A stretch of DNA of 64,000 bases from Syntrophales bacterium (GTDB lineage: Bacteria > Desulfobacterota > Syntrophia > Syntrophales > UBA2210), in NCBI GenBank assembly GCA_963666365.2, contig CAXXNF010000002.1:1664001-1728000 (forward strand). The letters are read 5' to 3'. The notes under the pieces are model-generated. The model saw only the letters and a program-made list of their open reading frames with translations, ran no database searches and was not told the origin of the DNA. This document shows, piece after piece, positions 18,285 through 27,902 of this stretch. The translations under genes were made by a program, and so were the position numbers. Each line of letters opens with the position of its first letter. Within the stretch, counting starts at the first letter, position 1.

Positions 18285-21212
18285 ATGGAATATCAGGACT
18301 TGCTTGGAAAATACAATATACTGTTAAAAGAAGTAAACCGATTAAAAATTGAAAACAGGCAGTTAAAAGCCAATCTCGGTTTGAGAGAATATCAATCATC
18401 CCCAAATACACCTCCGGTGGTTCAACAGGAAAAAGGAATCTCTGCCGATGAACCAAATGCTGAAAACCAATGCATCGATGTAAACAATTCTTCGGATTCT
18501 TTTTCAAAGATTCATCTGTTTAAGTCACTTTTTAAGGGCCGCGAGGATGTTTATGCGAAACGATGGGAAAACAAAAGTAAAGGGAAATCGGGTTATACTC
18601 CAGCCTGTCTGAATGAATGGCAACCAGGGATATGCGGAAAGCCCAAAATTTCCTGCTCAAAATGTAATAATAAAGCATATGCCGAATTGAATGATAAAGT
18701 TATTGAGAATCATTTGAGAGGCAATACCGTTATCGGCATTTATCCCATGTTGCCGGATGAAACATGCCGTTTTCTGGCAATGGATTTTGATAAGGATAAT
18801 TGGGAAAAGGATGTCACGGTCGTGCGGGACGTATGCAATGAGTTCATGATCCCCATAGCCGTTGAGCGCTCACGTTCCGGTAAGGGCTGCCATGCCTGGT
18901 TTTTCTTTGAACATCCGGTTCCTGCCGTCCTGGCCCGTAAATTCGCTACGGCCGTTTTAACCTTTGCCATGAGCAGACGGCATGAAATCAAATTCAAAAC
19001 CTATGATCGGTTGTTCCCCAGCCAGGATACCATGCCCAAGGGCGGTTTGGGGAATCTGATCGCACTGCCATTGCAAAAAGAAGCAAGGGAAAACGCCAAT
19101 AGCGAATTCATTGATGATGATTTTCAATCGTACCAAGATCAGTGGGCCTTTCTTTCCGGAATTCAAAAGATATCGAAAAGCCGCATAGAACATCTTATTC
19201 CTATGATTTCCCCCGGGAATGAACTGGGCGAGTTGAAGATCGATGAAGAAGAGGAAAAACCTTGGGAAACGTATAAGCCCATAGTCATCCTGGATAAAAG
19301 CGATTTTCCGGATAACGTCATTATTGTCAAGGCAAACATGCTGTTTCTTCCTAAAGCAGGCATCTCTCAGCGGGCGTTGAATCGAATAAAGCGTCTCGCG
19401 TCCTTTAAAAACCCGATGTTTTTCAGACAGCAAGCCATGCGTTTGCCGACACATAACCATCCAAGGGTCATTTCCTGTGCGGAGGAAACACAAGATTATC
19501 TGTGTTTGCCCAGGGGGTGCGAGACTGACCTGGTCAATGAACTCGACAAACTCGGAATAGCCATCGAAATGATCGACAAGACCTTTACCGGCAAACCAAT
19601 AAAGGCGGAATTCAAGGGTCATCTCCGGGGCGAACAAAACCTGGCTCTCGGCCAATTGCTCCGGCATGACACCGGCATACTTTCGGGGACTACGGCTTTT
19701 GGCAAAACCATTGTGGCGATCAAACTGATAGCAGAGAAAAAAATAAACACACTGATCCTGGTGAACAAAGTCAGCCTGCTGTCGCAATGGAAGGAAAAGT
19801 TGTCCGAATTTCTCGAAGTCAACGAAAGCGTATCCGAGGGACCGATCATCGTTGCCAAGAAAAGGGGACGTAAAAAGATCAAACACGTAATTGGGCAAAT
19901 CGGCGCCGGCAAGGATACCTCAAGCGGCATCATCGATATTGCGGTAATGCAATCGTTAAGCAGACAAAGAGAGGTCAAGGATTGCGTAAAAAATTACGGC
20001 CTAATTATTGCCGATGAGTGTCACCATGCATCGGCACTCACCTATGAACAAATTCTGAAAACAACCCCGGCGAAATATGTTTATGGCCTGACCGCCACCC
20101 CGGCACGAAAGGACGGGCACCACCCGATCCTGTTCATGCAATGCGGCCCCATCCGATATCGGGACAATCCCAAAAGACAAGCGGAAAACAGGCCCTTTGA
20201 CCACTATATAATCCCGCGATTCACTCCCTTGAGAATGCCCTTGGACATTGACCCTAAGGACCTGACCATTCAGGCATTATATACTGAGATCATGGAAAAT
20301 GATTTCAGGGATCAGCAGATCATCGAAGATGTATTGAAAAACCATCATCAGGGCAGAAATTGTCTCGTGTTAACCCTCAGAACAGCCCATGTCGAGAATC
20401 TCGCAAGGAAATTGAAAGAACATATTCCGGACGTGATAAGCTTGACAGGTGGAATGGGCAGAAAATCAGCGCGGAGAGCTTTTGAAGGCATAAACGATAT
20501 TCCCGCCGATAACCCTATCGTTCTAGTGGCAACCGGCCATTTCATCGGCGAAGGTTTTGACGAACCCCGCCTCGATACGCTTTTCCTGGCCATGCCCATA
20601 TCGTGGAGGGGAACCCTGCAGCAATATGCAGGCAGGCTCCACCGCCTGTTCAGTACGAAAAAAGAGGTGAGAATCTATGACTATGTAGATATTCAGATAA
20701 AGATGCTGGAAAAAATGTATCAAAAGCGGCTAGCCGGATACGCTTCAATGGGATATAAAGCCAAGGGTGAAGTGGCAACGGACGCGCCTCCGGATATCAT
20801 CTTCGACAAGGATAATTTTTTGCCTGTTTTCAATCAGGATATTGTTGCCGCAAAAAAGGAGGTCTTTATCGTAAGCCCGTTTGTCAGGAAAAGGCGTACG
20901 CAACAAATGGTACGGAATCTAAACGTCGCAACCAGTAAACATATCCATATCACTGTCGTAACTCGTCCAAAAAAGGATTTTCCAGAGAAGGATCACCTTG
21001 CTATGCAAAAAGCCTTGGATCTCTTAATCGACAATGGACTTAACATTATGTTCAAATCAGATATCCACCAGAAGTTTGCCATTATGGATCAAAAGGTTGT
21101 GTGGTACGGAAGTATCAATCTGTTGAGTTATGGCAGCGCCCAAGAAAGCATCATGCGCATTGAAAGTTCCAATATTGCGAATGAATTAATGAAAACCATT
21201 GAACGTAAATAA
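18285..21212 (+). CDS. AEP primase-like + SF2 helicase + PLD nuclease fusion (TOTE-type conflict protein)
   Basis: Cys cluster; FLAMDFD; ERSRSGKGCHAW; TAFGKT; DECHH; TAT; QYAGRLHR; C-terminal HQKFAIMD..GSIN (HKD). Confidence 0.85.
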   Translation: MEYQDLLGKYNILLKEVNRLKIENRQLKANLGLREYQSSPNTPPVVQQEKGISADEPNAENQCIDVNNSSDSFSKIHLFKSLFKGREDVYAKRWENKSKGKSGYTPACLNEWQPGICGKPKISCSKCNNKAYAELNDKVIENHLRGNTVIGIYPMLPDETCRFLAMDFDKDNWEKDVTVVRDVCNEFMIPIAVERSRSGKGCHAWFFFEHPVPAVLARKFATAVLTFAMSRRHEIKFKTYDRLFPSQDTMPKGGLGNLIALPLQKEARENANSEFIDDDFQSYQDQWAFLSGIQKISKSRIEHLIPMISPGNELGELKIDEEEEKPWETYKPIVILDKSDFPDNVIIVKANMLFLPKAGISQRALNRIKRLASFKNPMFFRQQAMRLPTHNHPRVISCAEETQDYLCLPRGCETDLVNELDKLGIAIEMIDKTFTGKPIKAEFKGHLRGEQNLALGQLLRHDTGILSGTTAFGKTIVAIKLIAEKKINTLILVNKVSLLSQWKEKLSEFLEVNESVSEGPIIVAKKRGRKKIKHVIGQIGAGKDTSSGIIDIAVMQSLSRQREVKDCVKNYGLIIADECHHASALTYEQILKTTPAKYVYGLTATPARKDGHHPILFMQCGPIRYRDNPKRQAENRPFDHYIIPRFTPLRMPLDIDPKDLTIQALYTEIMENDFRDQQIIEDVLKNHHQGRNCLVLTLRTAHVENLARKLKEHIPDVISLTGGMGRKSARRAFEGINDIPADNPIVLVATGHFIGEGFDEPRLDTLFLAMPISWRGTLQQYAGRLHRLFSTKKEVRIYDYVDIQIKMLEKMYQKRLAGYASMGYKAKGEVATDAPPDIIFDKDNFLPVFNQDIVAAKKEVFIVSPFVRKRRTQQMVRNLNVATSKHIHITVVTRPKKDFPEKDHLAMQKALDLLIDNGLNIMFKSDIHQKFAIMDQKVVWYGSINLLSYGSAQESIMRIESSNIANELMKTIERK

Positions 21213-21296
21213 CCAGAAAAAAGGTCCGCAGGTGGGTGAACCGGTAGGTTTTTTATGGTTACCGAAAAGGCAATATAACTGGTTGATATAAAAAGA

Positions 21297-21328
21297 AACC
21301 CTGCCAATATTTGGCAGGGTGTTTTTTT
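21297..21328. terminator. bidirectional terminator after tRNA-Asn
   Basis: ACCCTGCCAA-tat-TTGGCAGGGT hairpin with A and T runs on either side. Confidence 0.75.
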
Positions 21329-21404
21329 TGGCTCCCCAGCGCGGACTCGAACCACGGACCCGATGGTTAACAGCCATCTGCTCTACCAACTGAGCTACTG
21401 GGGA
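21329..21404 (-). tRNA. tRNA-Asn(GTT)
   Basis: 76-nt cloverleaf TCCCCAG...GATGG-CTGTTAA-CCATC...GTTCGAGT...CTGGGGAGCCA. Confidence 0.98.
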
Positions 21405-21491
21405 ACACTATGTCTAAAGAACGTCTCCCTTGCGGAAGTCTGGGTTAATATCAGAGTGACTTTCTATTTTCAACTACTTTTTTATTAATTA

Positions 21492-22199
21492 TTATCTGCA
21501 GCTCACGCAGGTGGTCAGTTCGGCGAAGGGAACTCCGCTTTTTGCACTTATGTATTTGAGCTGATCTTCGGGAGCAAAGAATCTTCCGCACACAGCACAG
21601 GGCACCATCTTGAACACTTTGTCCCAGATGATCCGCTTGTCGTCGACTTCTTCCATGGTCACGTAGCCCGTGGGACATACATAGGCGCAGGAACCGCAGC
21701 CGATGCAGGCATCCGGATCGAAATCAATGCGGGGCTCCGGCACGTCTCTGCCCACTCCACGATCAAGAAAGCTGAGGGCCTTGACGCCGACGATCTCGCT
21801 GCATGCCCGCACGCAGAGTCCGCAAAGAATGCATTCGTGCTCTTCCCCCTTTTCCGGATATACATCCACGCCGAGCGAGCCAGCCATTTGGCGAACCGCC
21901 TCCGTTTCGGGGTACTTCGCATAGAGAAGCGCCGCAGCCAGTTTTCTGCTTTCCTTTACGTTGTCGGAATCGGTCTTTATCTCCATTCCCTCTTCGACCG
22001 GCGTTGTGCAGGAAGCCGCAAGCTGCCACTTTCCGTTTGTCTTTACTTCAACCGTACAAAGCCGGCAGGCGCCAAAAGGGCTGAGGTCCTTATGGTAACA
22101 AAGAGTGGGAATCGCGATATTCAATTCCTGAGCGTTTTCCAGTACCGTCGAGGCCTCTTTGGCCTTCACTTTCCGCCCGTCTATAACTATGGTAACCAT
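21492..22199 (-). CDS. 2Fe-2S/4Fe-4S protein (like the NuoG/hydrogenase N-terminus)
   Basis: IPTLCYH..GACRLCTVE..ASC; CILCGLCVRAC; CIGCGSCAYVCP. Confidence 0.88.
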   Translation of the reverse strand: MVTIVIDGRKVKAKEASTVLENAQELNIAIPTLCYHKDLSPFGACRLCTVEVKTNGKWQLAASCTTPVEEGMEIKTDSDNVKESRKLAAALLYAKYPETEAVRQMAGSLGVDVYPEKGEEHECILCGLCVRACSEIVGVKALSFLDRGVGRDVPEPRIDFDPDACIGCGSCAYVCPTGYVTMEEVDDKRIIWDKVFKMVPCAVCGRFFAPEDQLKYISAKSGVPFAELTTCVSCR

Positions 22200-22238
22200 T
22201 CTTTTCCCCTTTATATAAAAGAATCCTTAAAGACTGCT

Positions 22239-24158
22239 TTACTTTTCCCAAACCACAACCCGGTAACACCGCAGGCAGCGCTTCGCCTCTTCCATGGCCG
22301 CCGATGTGGAAAAACCGCCTTCCACCTCGTCGAAGCAGGCTTTCCTTTTCTTTACATCCATAAGATCAACGTCAAAGGCGGACTTTTTCGCCACATATCC
22401 GGCGCTCCGCACTTTCTTTATGTCGACGCCGCCAAAGGTCAACGCATCCGACAACGCACAACCGCCGAGGTAGGCATCGATGTTTTCCGCAGCCCTGTTC
22501 CCTGCGTCGAGGGCTTCGATGAGGGTTGCGGCGCCTGTGACACAGTCGCCACCGGCATAGACGCCGGGAATCGCCGTTTCGAGGGTGATCGGATGTGCAT
22601 CGATGGTCCCCCAGGATGTCAATTCAAGCGTTTTCGCGCCGCCCACTACGGGCAGTGCAGGACTCTGGCCTATGGCTGCAATAATCATATCCGCTTTCAC
22701 CGAAAATTCGGATCCTTCAATCGGCACGGGTCGCCGTCTTCCGCTTTCATCCGGTTTTCCCAGCTTCATCTTGCAGCAATTGACCGCCTTGAACGCCCCC
22801 TCCTCCGCCATAATCGAAACCGGTGCAGCTAGGTAGCTTACTTTCACGCCTTCTTCTACAGCGCCTTCAATTTCTTCATCGCTTGCGGGCATTTCTTTCC
22901 TCGAGCGACGGTACAGAATCTCCACCTCTTTAAAGCCGAGACGCACGCAACTGCGGGCGCAATCCAGGGCCACGTTTCCGCCGCCGACGATAATGACTTT
23001 CTTTTTAGGTTCGATCTTTACACCCAGATTCATGTCGCGTAAAAATTCCACGCCGTCTACAAAGCCGTCACACTGGGCATCTTCTCCCTCAACGCCCATG
23101 TCGTTTCCCTTGTGGGCGCCCACGGCAATGAAGAGCGCTTTATACCCTTCCTTCTGCAGACCCTTCCAATCGAGTTTCTCCATGGGGGTATTGTAGCGAA
23201 TATCAACACCGGTTCGTTTAATGAGATCGACTTCGTGGTTGAGTATGTCCGTAGGAACCCGGTATTCTGGAATGCCCACCGCAACCATGCCGCCGCCGCG
23301 CGGCAACGCTTCAAACACGGTAACACCGTATCCCTTGGCTCTGAGCCGATATGCCGCGGCGAGTCCTGCCGGCCCGGCGCCGATAATAGCGACTTTTTCG
23401 CCTTTTTGCACGGCCGCTGTCGGAAGGGAACCGGCGCCGCAGGAGAGTTCTTTATCCGCAGCCGACCGCTTCAGAAGCCGGATGGCAAGGGGTTCGTCGA
23501 TGTCGCTGCGGACGCAGGCTTCTTCACAGGGATGGGTGCAGGCGCGACCGATGATGCCGGGCATAATGCATTTCTCCCGGATAAGGTCGAGTGATTCGGC
23601 AAAGCGGTTGTTCTTGATCAGTTCAATGTATCCGGGAATATCCAGACCTGCCGGGCAGGCCTCCATGCAGGGCGCCGTGACGGTGGTCGCATATTCCTTC
23701 TTTTCACCTTTTCGCTCACCGGAACCAAAGGCCTGAAAATCGGCCTTAAAATGCCTTATCGCGTCCAGGACAGGGATCAGTGCCGACTGTCCGAAAGAAC
23801 ACTTGCTCGTTGCCGAGACCTGTTTGATTATCGAGTCTATTTCCGCCAGAACGGCCTTGGCGCTGCTCCCGTTCTCGAGCTCGTCAAAAAGATCGAGAAC
23901 GGCGTCGATTCCGAGCATACACACGGAGCACTCCCCGCAGGAAATCTTTCTAATTTCGTTGAGATACTCTACCGTAAGGGAAACCACATCGGTCTTCGGA
24001 TCAACCACCACCAGCCCGTTCCATCCGATGAGCGATTTCAGCTCATCGCCGGATCGAAGTGAGGGGAATTCCATGTTGCCTGCGGGCGCTTTAGAGGCCT
24101 TCGCCTTTCTGTTATCGATGATCTTCCCGTTCCAACTGCTGAATGCAATTTTGTCCAT
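22239..24158 (-). CDS. FAD/NAD(P)-dependent GltD/NfnB-like oxidoreductase with an N-terminal NuoF-type Fe-S motif
   Basis: SCGECSVC..C; APCMEACP; GRACTHPCEEAC; GAGPAG; GGGNVALD; RCLRC. Confidence 0.88.
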   Translation of the reverse strand: MDKIAFSSWNGKIIDNRKAKASKAPAGNMEFPSLRSGDELKSLIGWNGLVVVDPKTDVVSLTVEYLNEIRKISCGECSVCMLGIDAVLDLFDELENGSSAKAVLAEIDSIIKQVSATSKCSFGQSALIPVLDAIRHFKADFQAFGSGERKGEKKEYATTVTAPCMEACPAGLDIPGYIELIKNNRFAESLDLIREKCIMPGIIGRACTHPCEEACVRSDIDEPLAIRLLKRSAADKELSCGAGSLPTAAVQKGEKVAIIGAGPAGLAAAYRLRAKGYGVTVFEALPRGGGMVAVGIPEYRVPTDILNHEVDLIKRTGVDIRYNTPMEKLDWKGLQKEGYKALFIAVGAHKGNDMGVEGEDAQCDGFVDGVEFLRDMNLGVKIEPKKKVIIVGGGNVALDCARSCVRLGFKEVEILYRRSRKEMPASDEEIEGAVEEGVKVSYLAAPVSIMAEEGAFKAVNCCKMKLGKPDESGRRRPVPIEGSEFSVKADMIIAAIGQSPALPVVGGAKTLELTSWGTIDAHPITLETAIPGVYAGGDCVTGAATLIEALDAGNRAAENIDAYLGGCALSDALTFGGVDIKKVRSAGYVAKKSAFDVDLMDVKKRKACFDEVEGGFSTSAAMEEAKRCLRCYRVVVWEK

Positions 24159-24190
24159 GCCTGAATCACCTTATTGAGTCGTTTCTATGG

Positions 24191-25153
24191 TTAATCCTGT
24201 AACAATTCTTCCCAGGAGTGAAGGTTGTCGACCTTGTCGAGCAGTTTATTATACTCAAGAATCACCCGTTCCTGTATGGCGGCAATCTGCTCCGGCTTCA
24301 GGTGCCTGAATCTTCCCTGGCTCTTGATGTAGTCTTCCACCGGCTTTATCTCTTCCGGCCTGTAGGTCATTCGGTACTTGCCGTCTTCCACTTCATAGAG
24401 GGGGAAGACGCCCGTTTCAACAGCCAGTCGCCCCATCTTAATGGCATGGGCTGAAGGAACCCTCCACCCTGTGGGACATACCGAAAGGCAGTGGATGAAG
24501 CTTGGCCCGTCGACCTTTCGCGCTTTTTTGACCTTGTTCATAAAATCGATGGGATAGCTGTGACAGGCTGTCGCCACATAGGGCACATTGTGGGCAACCA
24601 TAATTTCCGTTAAATTCTTCTTCCACTGCCCCTTTCCAAGGCTCGCCACACCGGCGGGATTGGTGGTGGTGGACGCGCCGAAGGGGGTCGCGCTGGAACG
24701 TTGGATACCGGTGTTCATGTAGGCTTCATTGTCAAAACAGACATACAGTACGTTATGGCCGCGCTCCATGGTGCCGGAAAGCGCCTGAATGCCAATGTCG
24801 AAGGTCCCGCCGTCGCCGCCGATCGCTACGGTCTGGACATCGCGGTCGGCAATGCGGCCCTTTCGCCGCAGCACTTTCAATCCTGCCTCCACCCCTGCCG
24901 CCACCGCCGCGGCATTCGGAAAGGCCACGTGAATCCAAGGCAGATTCCATGCCGTGGTCGGATACATGGTCGATATGACTTCCATACATCCCGTTGCATT
25001 GACAACAATCGTGTCCTTGCCGAGGGCCTTGCACATCAACCGTATTGCAAGCGCTTCGCCGCATCCCTGGCAGGCACGATGTCCCGCACTGAAGTATTCT
25101 TCCTTATCTACGAGCCTCGGGGCATATAGATCAAAGTTTTCAACTATACTCAT
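24191..25153 (-). CDS. porB: pyruvate/2-oxoacid:ferredoxin oxidoreductase beta subunit
   Basis: GHRACQGCG; GGDGGTFDIG..DNEAYMNTG TPP-binding motif; CPTGW. Confidence 0.93.
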   Translation of the reverse strand: MSIVENFDLYAPRLVDKEEYFSAGHRACQGCGEALAIRLMCKALGKDTIVVNATGCMEVISTMYPTTAWNLPWIHVAFPNAAAVAAGVEAGLKVLRRKGRIADRDVQTVAIGGDGGTFDIGIQALSGTMERGHNVLYVCFDNEAYMNTGIQRSSATPFGASTTTNPAGVASLGKGQWKKNLTEIMVAHNVPYVATACHSYPIDFMNKVKKARKVDGPSFIHCLSVCPTGWRVPSAHAIKMGRLAVETGVFPLYEVEDGKYRMTYRPEEIKPVEDYIKSQGRFRHLKPEQIAAIQERVILEYNKLLDKVDNLHSWEELLQD

Positions 25154-26328
25154 GATCCCCTCACACCAAATATTTCGTATTCTTCTTTCGGTTTCGTCTT
25201 CAGGGCCTGTGCCGCTTTTTCGATGATCTTCTTGAAATCGCTCACGGGAACATCACGTCCGCCCAATCCAATTATTTCATTGATAATTACCGGCCTATCC
25301 GCCTGATCGTACATGGCGGAACGCACTTCCGAAAAGACCGGACCACCCGGACCGCCGTAGGATACCGCCCTGTCAAGCACTGCCAGCACCTTGCATCCTT
25401 TGAGCGCCTTTCTCAGTTCTTCGAAGGGGAAGGGCCGCCACAGCTTCAATTTCAAAAGCCCCACGGACACTCCTTCTTTTCGCATTTCTTCCACGGCGAC
25501 TTCCGCCGTCTCCCCCATGGACCCCATGGTCAGAAGGAGTATATCGGCGCCGCGCGCCTTATGCGAAATGATGGGTTCGTACTTTCTCCCGAATTTCTCC
25601 TCCCATTCCTTCCATACCTCCAGAATGATCTTCTTGGAGTCCTTCAGCACTTCGTCTTTCACCTTGGCTGTTTCGTTGAATATCTCCGGCAGCGCCAACG
25701 TTCCCATTGAAACGACATTGTCGGGATGCACGGCCGCGAAGGGCTTGTAGGTGGGGAGAAAGGCATCGACTTCTTTTTGGTCGGGCATTTCCATGGGTTC
25801 CACCACGTGGGTGAGTTGGAATCCGTCCAGATTGAGATTGACCGGCAGCATGACATCGCGGTGTTCGGCAATCTTGAATGCCTGAATGGCCATATCGATC
25901 ACTTCCTGGCCGTTGTCGGCAAACAGCGAAATCCAGCCGCAGTCCCTCTGGTACATGATATCGCTCTGATCGTTCCAGATATTGATGGGGCCTGAAAGGG
26001 CGCGATTTCCTACGATCATCACCACCGGAAGCCGCATGGACGACACGATGGGAACAACTTCCGACATATAGGCAAGTCCCTGGGAACTGGTTGCCGTAAA
26101 AGCCCTGGCGCCCGCGCCCGATGCACCGCAGCAGGCGCTCATCGCGGAATGTTCCGACTCGACACAGATAAAATCAGCATCCAGCCTTCCTTCGGCCACG
26201 ATATCGGAAAGATGTTCCGGAATATGTGTGTTGGGGGTAATGGGGTAGGCGGCAATGACATCGGGTTTGCAGAGGGCAACCGCCTCGGCGGCTGCAAGCG
26301 CTATTTCCATACCAATTCGCTTTGACAT
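25150..26328 (-). CDS. porA: 2-oxoacid:ferredoxin oxidoreductase alpha subunit
   Basis: AAYPITP, ESEHSA, TATSSQGL. Confidence 0.93.
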   Translation of the reverse strand: MSKRIGMEIALAAAEAVALCKPDVIAAYPITPNTHIPEHLSDIVAEGRLDADFICVESEHSAMSACCGASGAGARAFTATSSQGLAYMSEVVPIVSSMRLPVVMIVGNRALSGPINIWNDQSDIMYQRDCGWISLFADNGQEVIDMAIQAFKIAEHRDVMLPVNLNLDGFQLTHVVEPMEMPDQKEVDAFLPTYKPFAAVHPDNVVSMGTLALPEIFNETAKVKDEVLKDSKKIILEVWKEWEEKFGRKYEPIISHKARGADILLLTMGSMGETAEVAVEEMRKEGVSVGLLKLKLWRPFPFEELRKALKGCKVLAVLDRAVSYGGPGGPVFSEVRSAMYDQADRPVIINEIIGLGGRDVPVSDFKKIIEKAAQALKTKPKEEYEIFGVRGS

Positions 26329-26332
26329 CGTT

Positions 26333-26626
26333 CTAACCCTCCTCAATCATCGTGATGGCCTTTGGCCAGCACTCGTGCGCACAGATTCCGCACCCCTTGC
26401 AATAATCAAGGTCCGCTTCAAAATATCCGTTTTTCTTTTGGGTCACGCATCCTTCGGGGCAGAAGATGTAGCATACGCCGCACTGGATGCATCTGCTCTC
26501 GTCAAAAATGGGCCGTTCGGCTCTCCAGGAACCCGTGTGATACTCCCGCGCACTGCCCGGATTGAACACCATACAGCCGGGATTCAGATCCTGCCAGTCT
26601 TCCGGCCACTTCTTCTTTTTTTCCAT
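26333..26626 (-). CDS. porD: 2-oxoacid:ferredoxin oxidoreductase delta subunit
   Basis: TGSWR..RP; CIQCGVCYIFCP; YCKGCGICAHEC. Confidence 0.93.
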   Translation of the reverse strand: MEKKKKWPEDWQDLNPGCMVFNPGSAREYHTGSWRAERPIFDESRCIQCGVCYIFCPEGCVTQKKNGYFEADLDYCKGCGICAHECWPKAITMIEEG

Positions 26627-26646
26627 TGGACATAATCCTCAATCGT

Positions 26647-27201
26647 TTAGGCTGCTTTTGCTGTTTTCAACTCATCGTAGGCTCTGTTCATCGCCTTGAT
26701 GTTTCTCGGAGCCAGTCGACCGAACCGTTCCTGCAGAGGGGCCTCGGCTGACGTCATTTTCACCAGCTTCGTCGCCTTCATCACCGCACCAAGCATCGTC
26801 GTGTTCGTAATGGGTACGCCCAACTCCTCCCGGGCGATTTTTGCCGCGTCCACCGTTGCCACCGTTCCCGGAAAATTCATTTCCTTTTTTATCTCTTCCG
26901 GAGATTTGGTTGTGTTGACAATCAGAATGCCGTCTTCTCTGAGACCTTCGACCACATTCACCAGACCAACCAGGCTCGGATCAAGCACCACGACCACATC
27001 CGGCTGATAGATCCCAGATCTCACCTTAATACGTTTGTTGTCGATCCGATTGAAGGCAACCACCGGCGCACCCCGCCGTTCGGGACCGAAACTGGGGAAA
27101 CCCTGTGCGAATTTGCCCTCCTCAATAGCCGCCAGCGCCAGCATCTCCACCGATGTGACCGCGCCCTGACCGCCTCGTCCGTGCCATCGTATTTCAACCA
27201 T
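26647..27201 (-). CDS. porC: 2-oxoacid:ferredoxin oxidoreductase gamma subunit
   Basis: EIRWHGRGGQG, FGPERRGAP. Confidence 0.93.
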   Translation of the reverse strand: MVEIRWHGRGGQGAVTSVEMLALAAIEEGKFAQGFPSFGPERRGAPVVAFNRIDNKRIKVRSGIYQPDVVVVLDPSLVGLVNVVEGLREDGILIVNTTKSPEEIKKEMNFPGTVATVDAAKIAREELGVPITNTTMLGAVMKATKLVKMTSAEAPLQERFGRLAPRNIKAMNRAYDELKTAKAA

Positions 27202-27343
27202 AAAGAAATCTCCCTGGACAGTTTTAAAGGGGTTTCTATATATTACTCGTCTGTTTTTTGTCAATATGTCTTTTTAAAAATTCGTCAAAAAATAACTGCT
27301 GAACGGTTTTTTCTTCTCCATCCCCTGCGGCAAGGAGACTTCA

Positions 27344-27901
27344 CTACAGGCGCTCGTTTCCGGTCATGACCGCGTCATAGAGGTCGCGTCCTTCGGCGTC
27401 ATTAATTACAATAAGGGGAAAATCGATAATATCCAGCCTCCTGATCGCCTCGGTTCCCAAATCCTCGTAGGCGATCACCTCGGCGGCGGTGATACATTGA
27501 GACAGCAGTGCCGCAATGCCTCCCATGGCGCCGAAGTAGACGGCCCGATGCTGACGAATCGATTCTCTTACTGCAGCGGACCGTTTCCCCTTGCCGATCA
27601 TCCCCTTCAGGCCGGCCTCCAGCAGAATCGGGGTATAGGCATCCATCCGACCCGACGTAGTGGGCCCTACCGACCCGATCACCCGCGTAGGCGGCGCCGG
27701 CGTGGGGCCGGCATAGAATATGATTTCTCCCTTAAGAGGCACCGGCGGGTCATCTCCCTGATTGAGGGCTTCGCAGATTCTTCGGTGCGCCACATCGCGA
27801 GCCGTAATGACTGCGCCGCTTAAAAGGACCACATCGCCGGTTCGAAGTTCCCTGCAGATTTCGTCGGTCAGGGGCGTGTATATTCGGGACGCTTTCTTCA
27901 T
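27344..27901 (-). CDS. Fe-S hydro-lyase (fumarate hydratase) beta subunit
   Basis: TARDVAH, GPTTSGRMD, MIGKG. Confidence 0.92.
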   Translation of the reverse strand: MKKASRIYTPLTDEICRELRTGDVVLLSGAVITARDVAHRRICEALNQGDDPPVPLKGEIIFYAGPTPAPPTRVIGSVGPTTSGRMDAYTPILLEAGLKGMIGKGKRSAAVRESIRQHRAVYFGAMGGIAALLSQCITAAEVIAYEDLGTEAIRRLDIIDFPLIVINDAEGRDLYDAVMTGNERL

Positions 27902-27902
27902 C

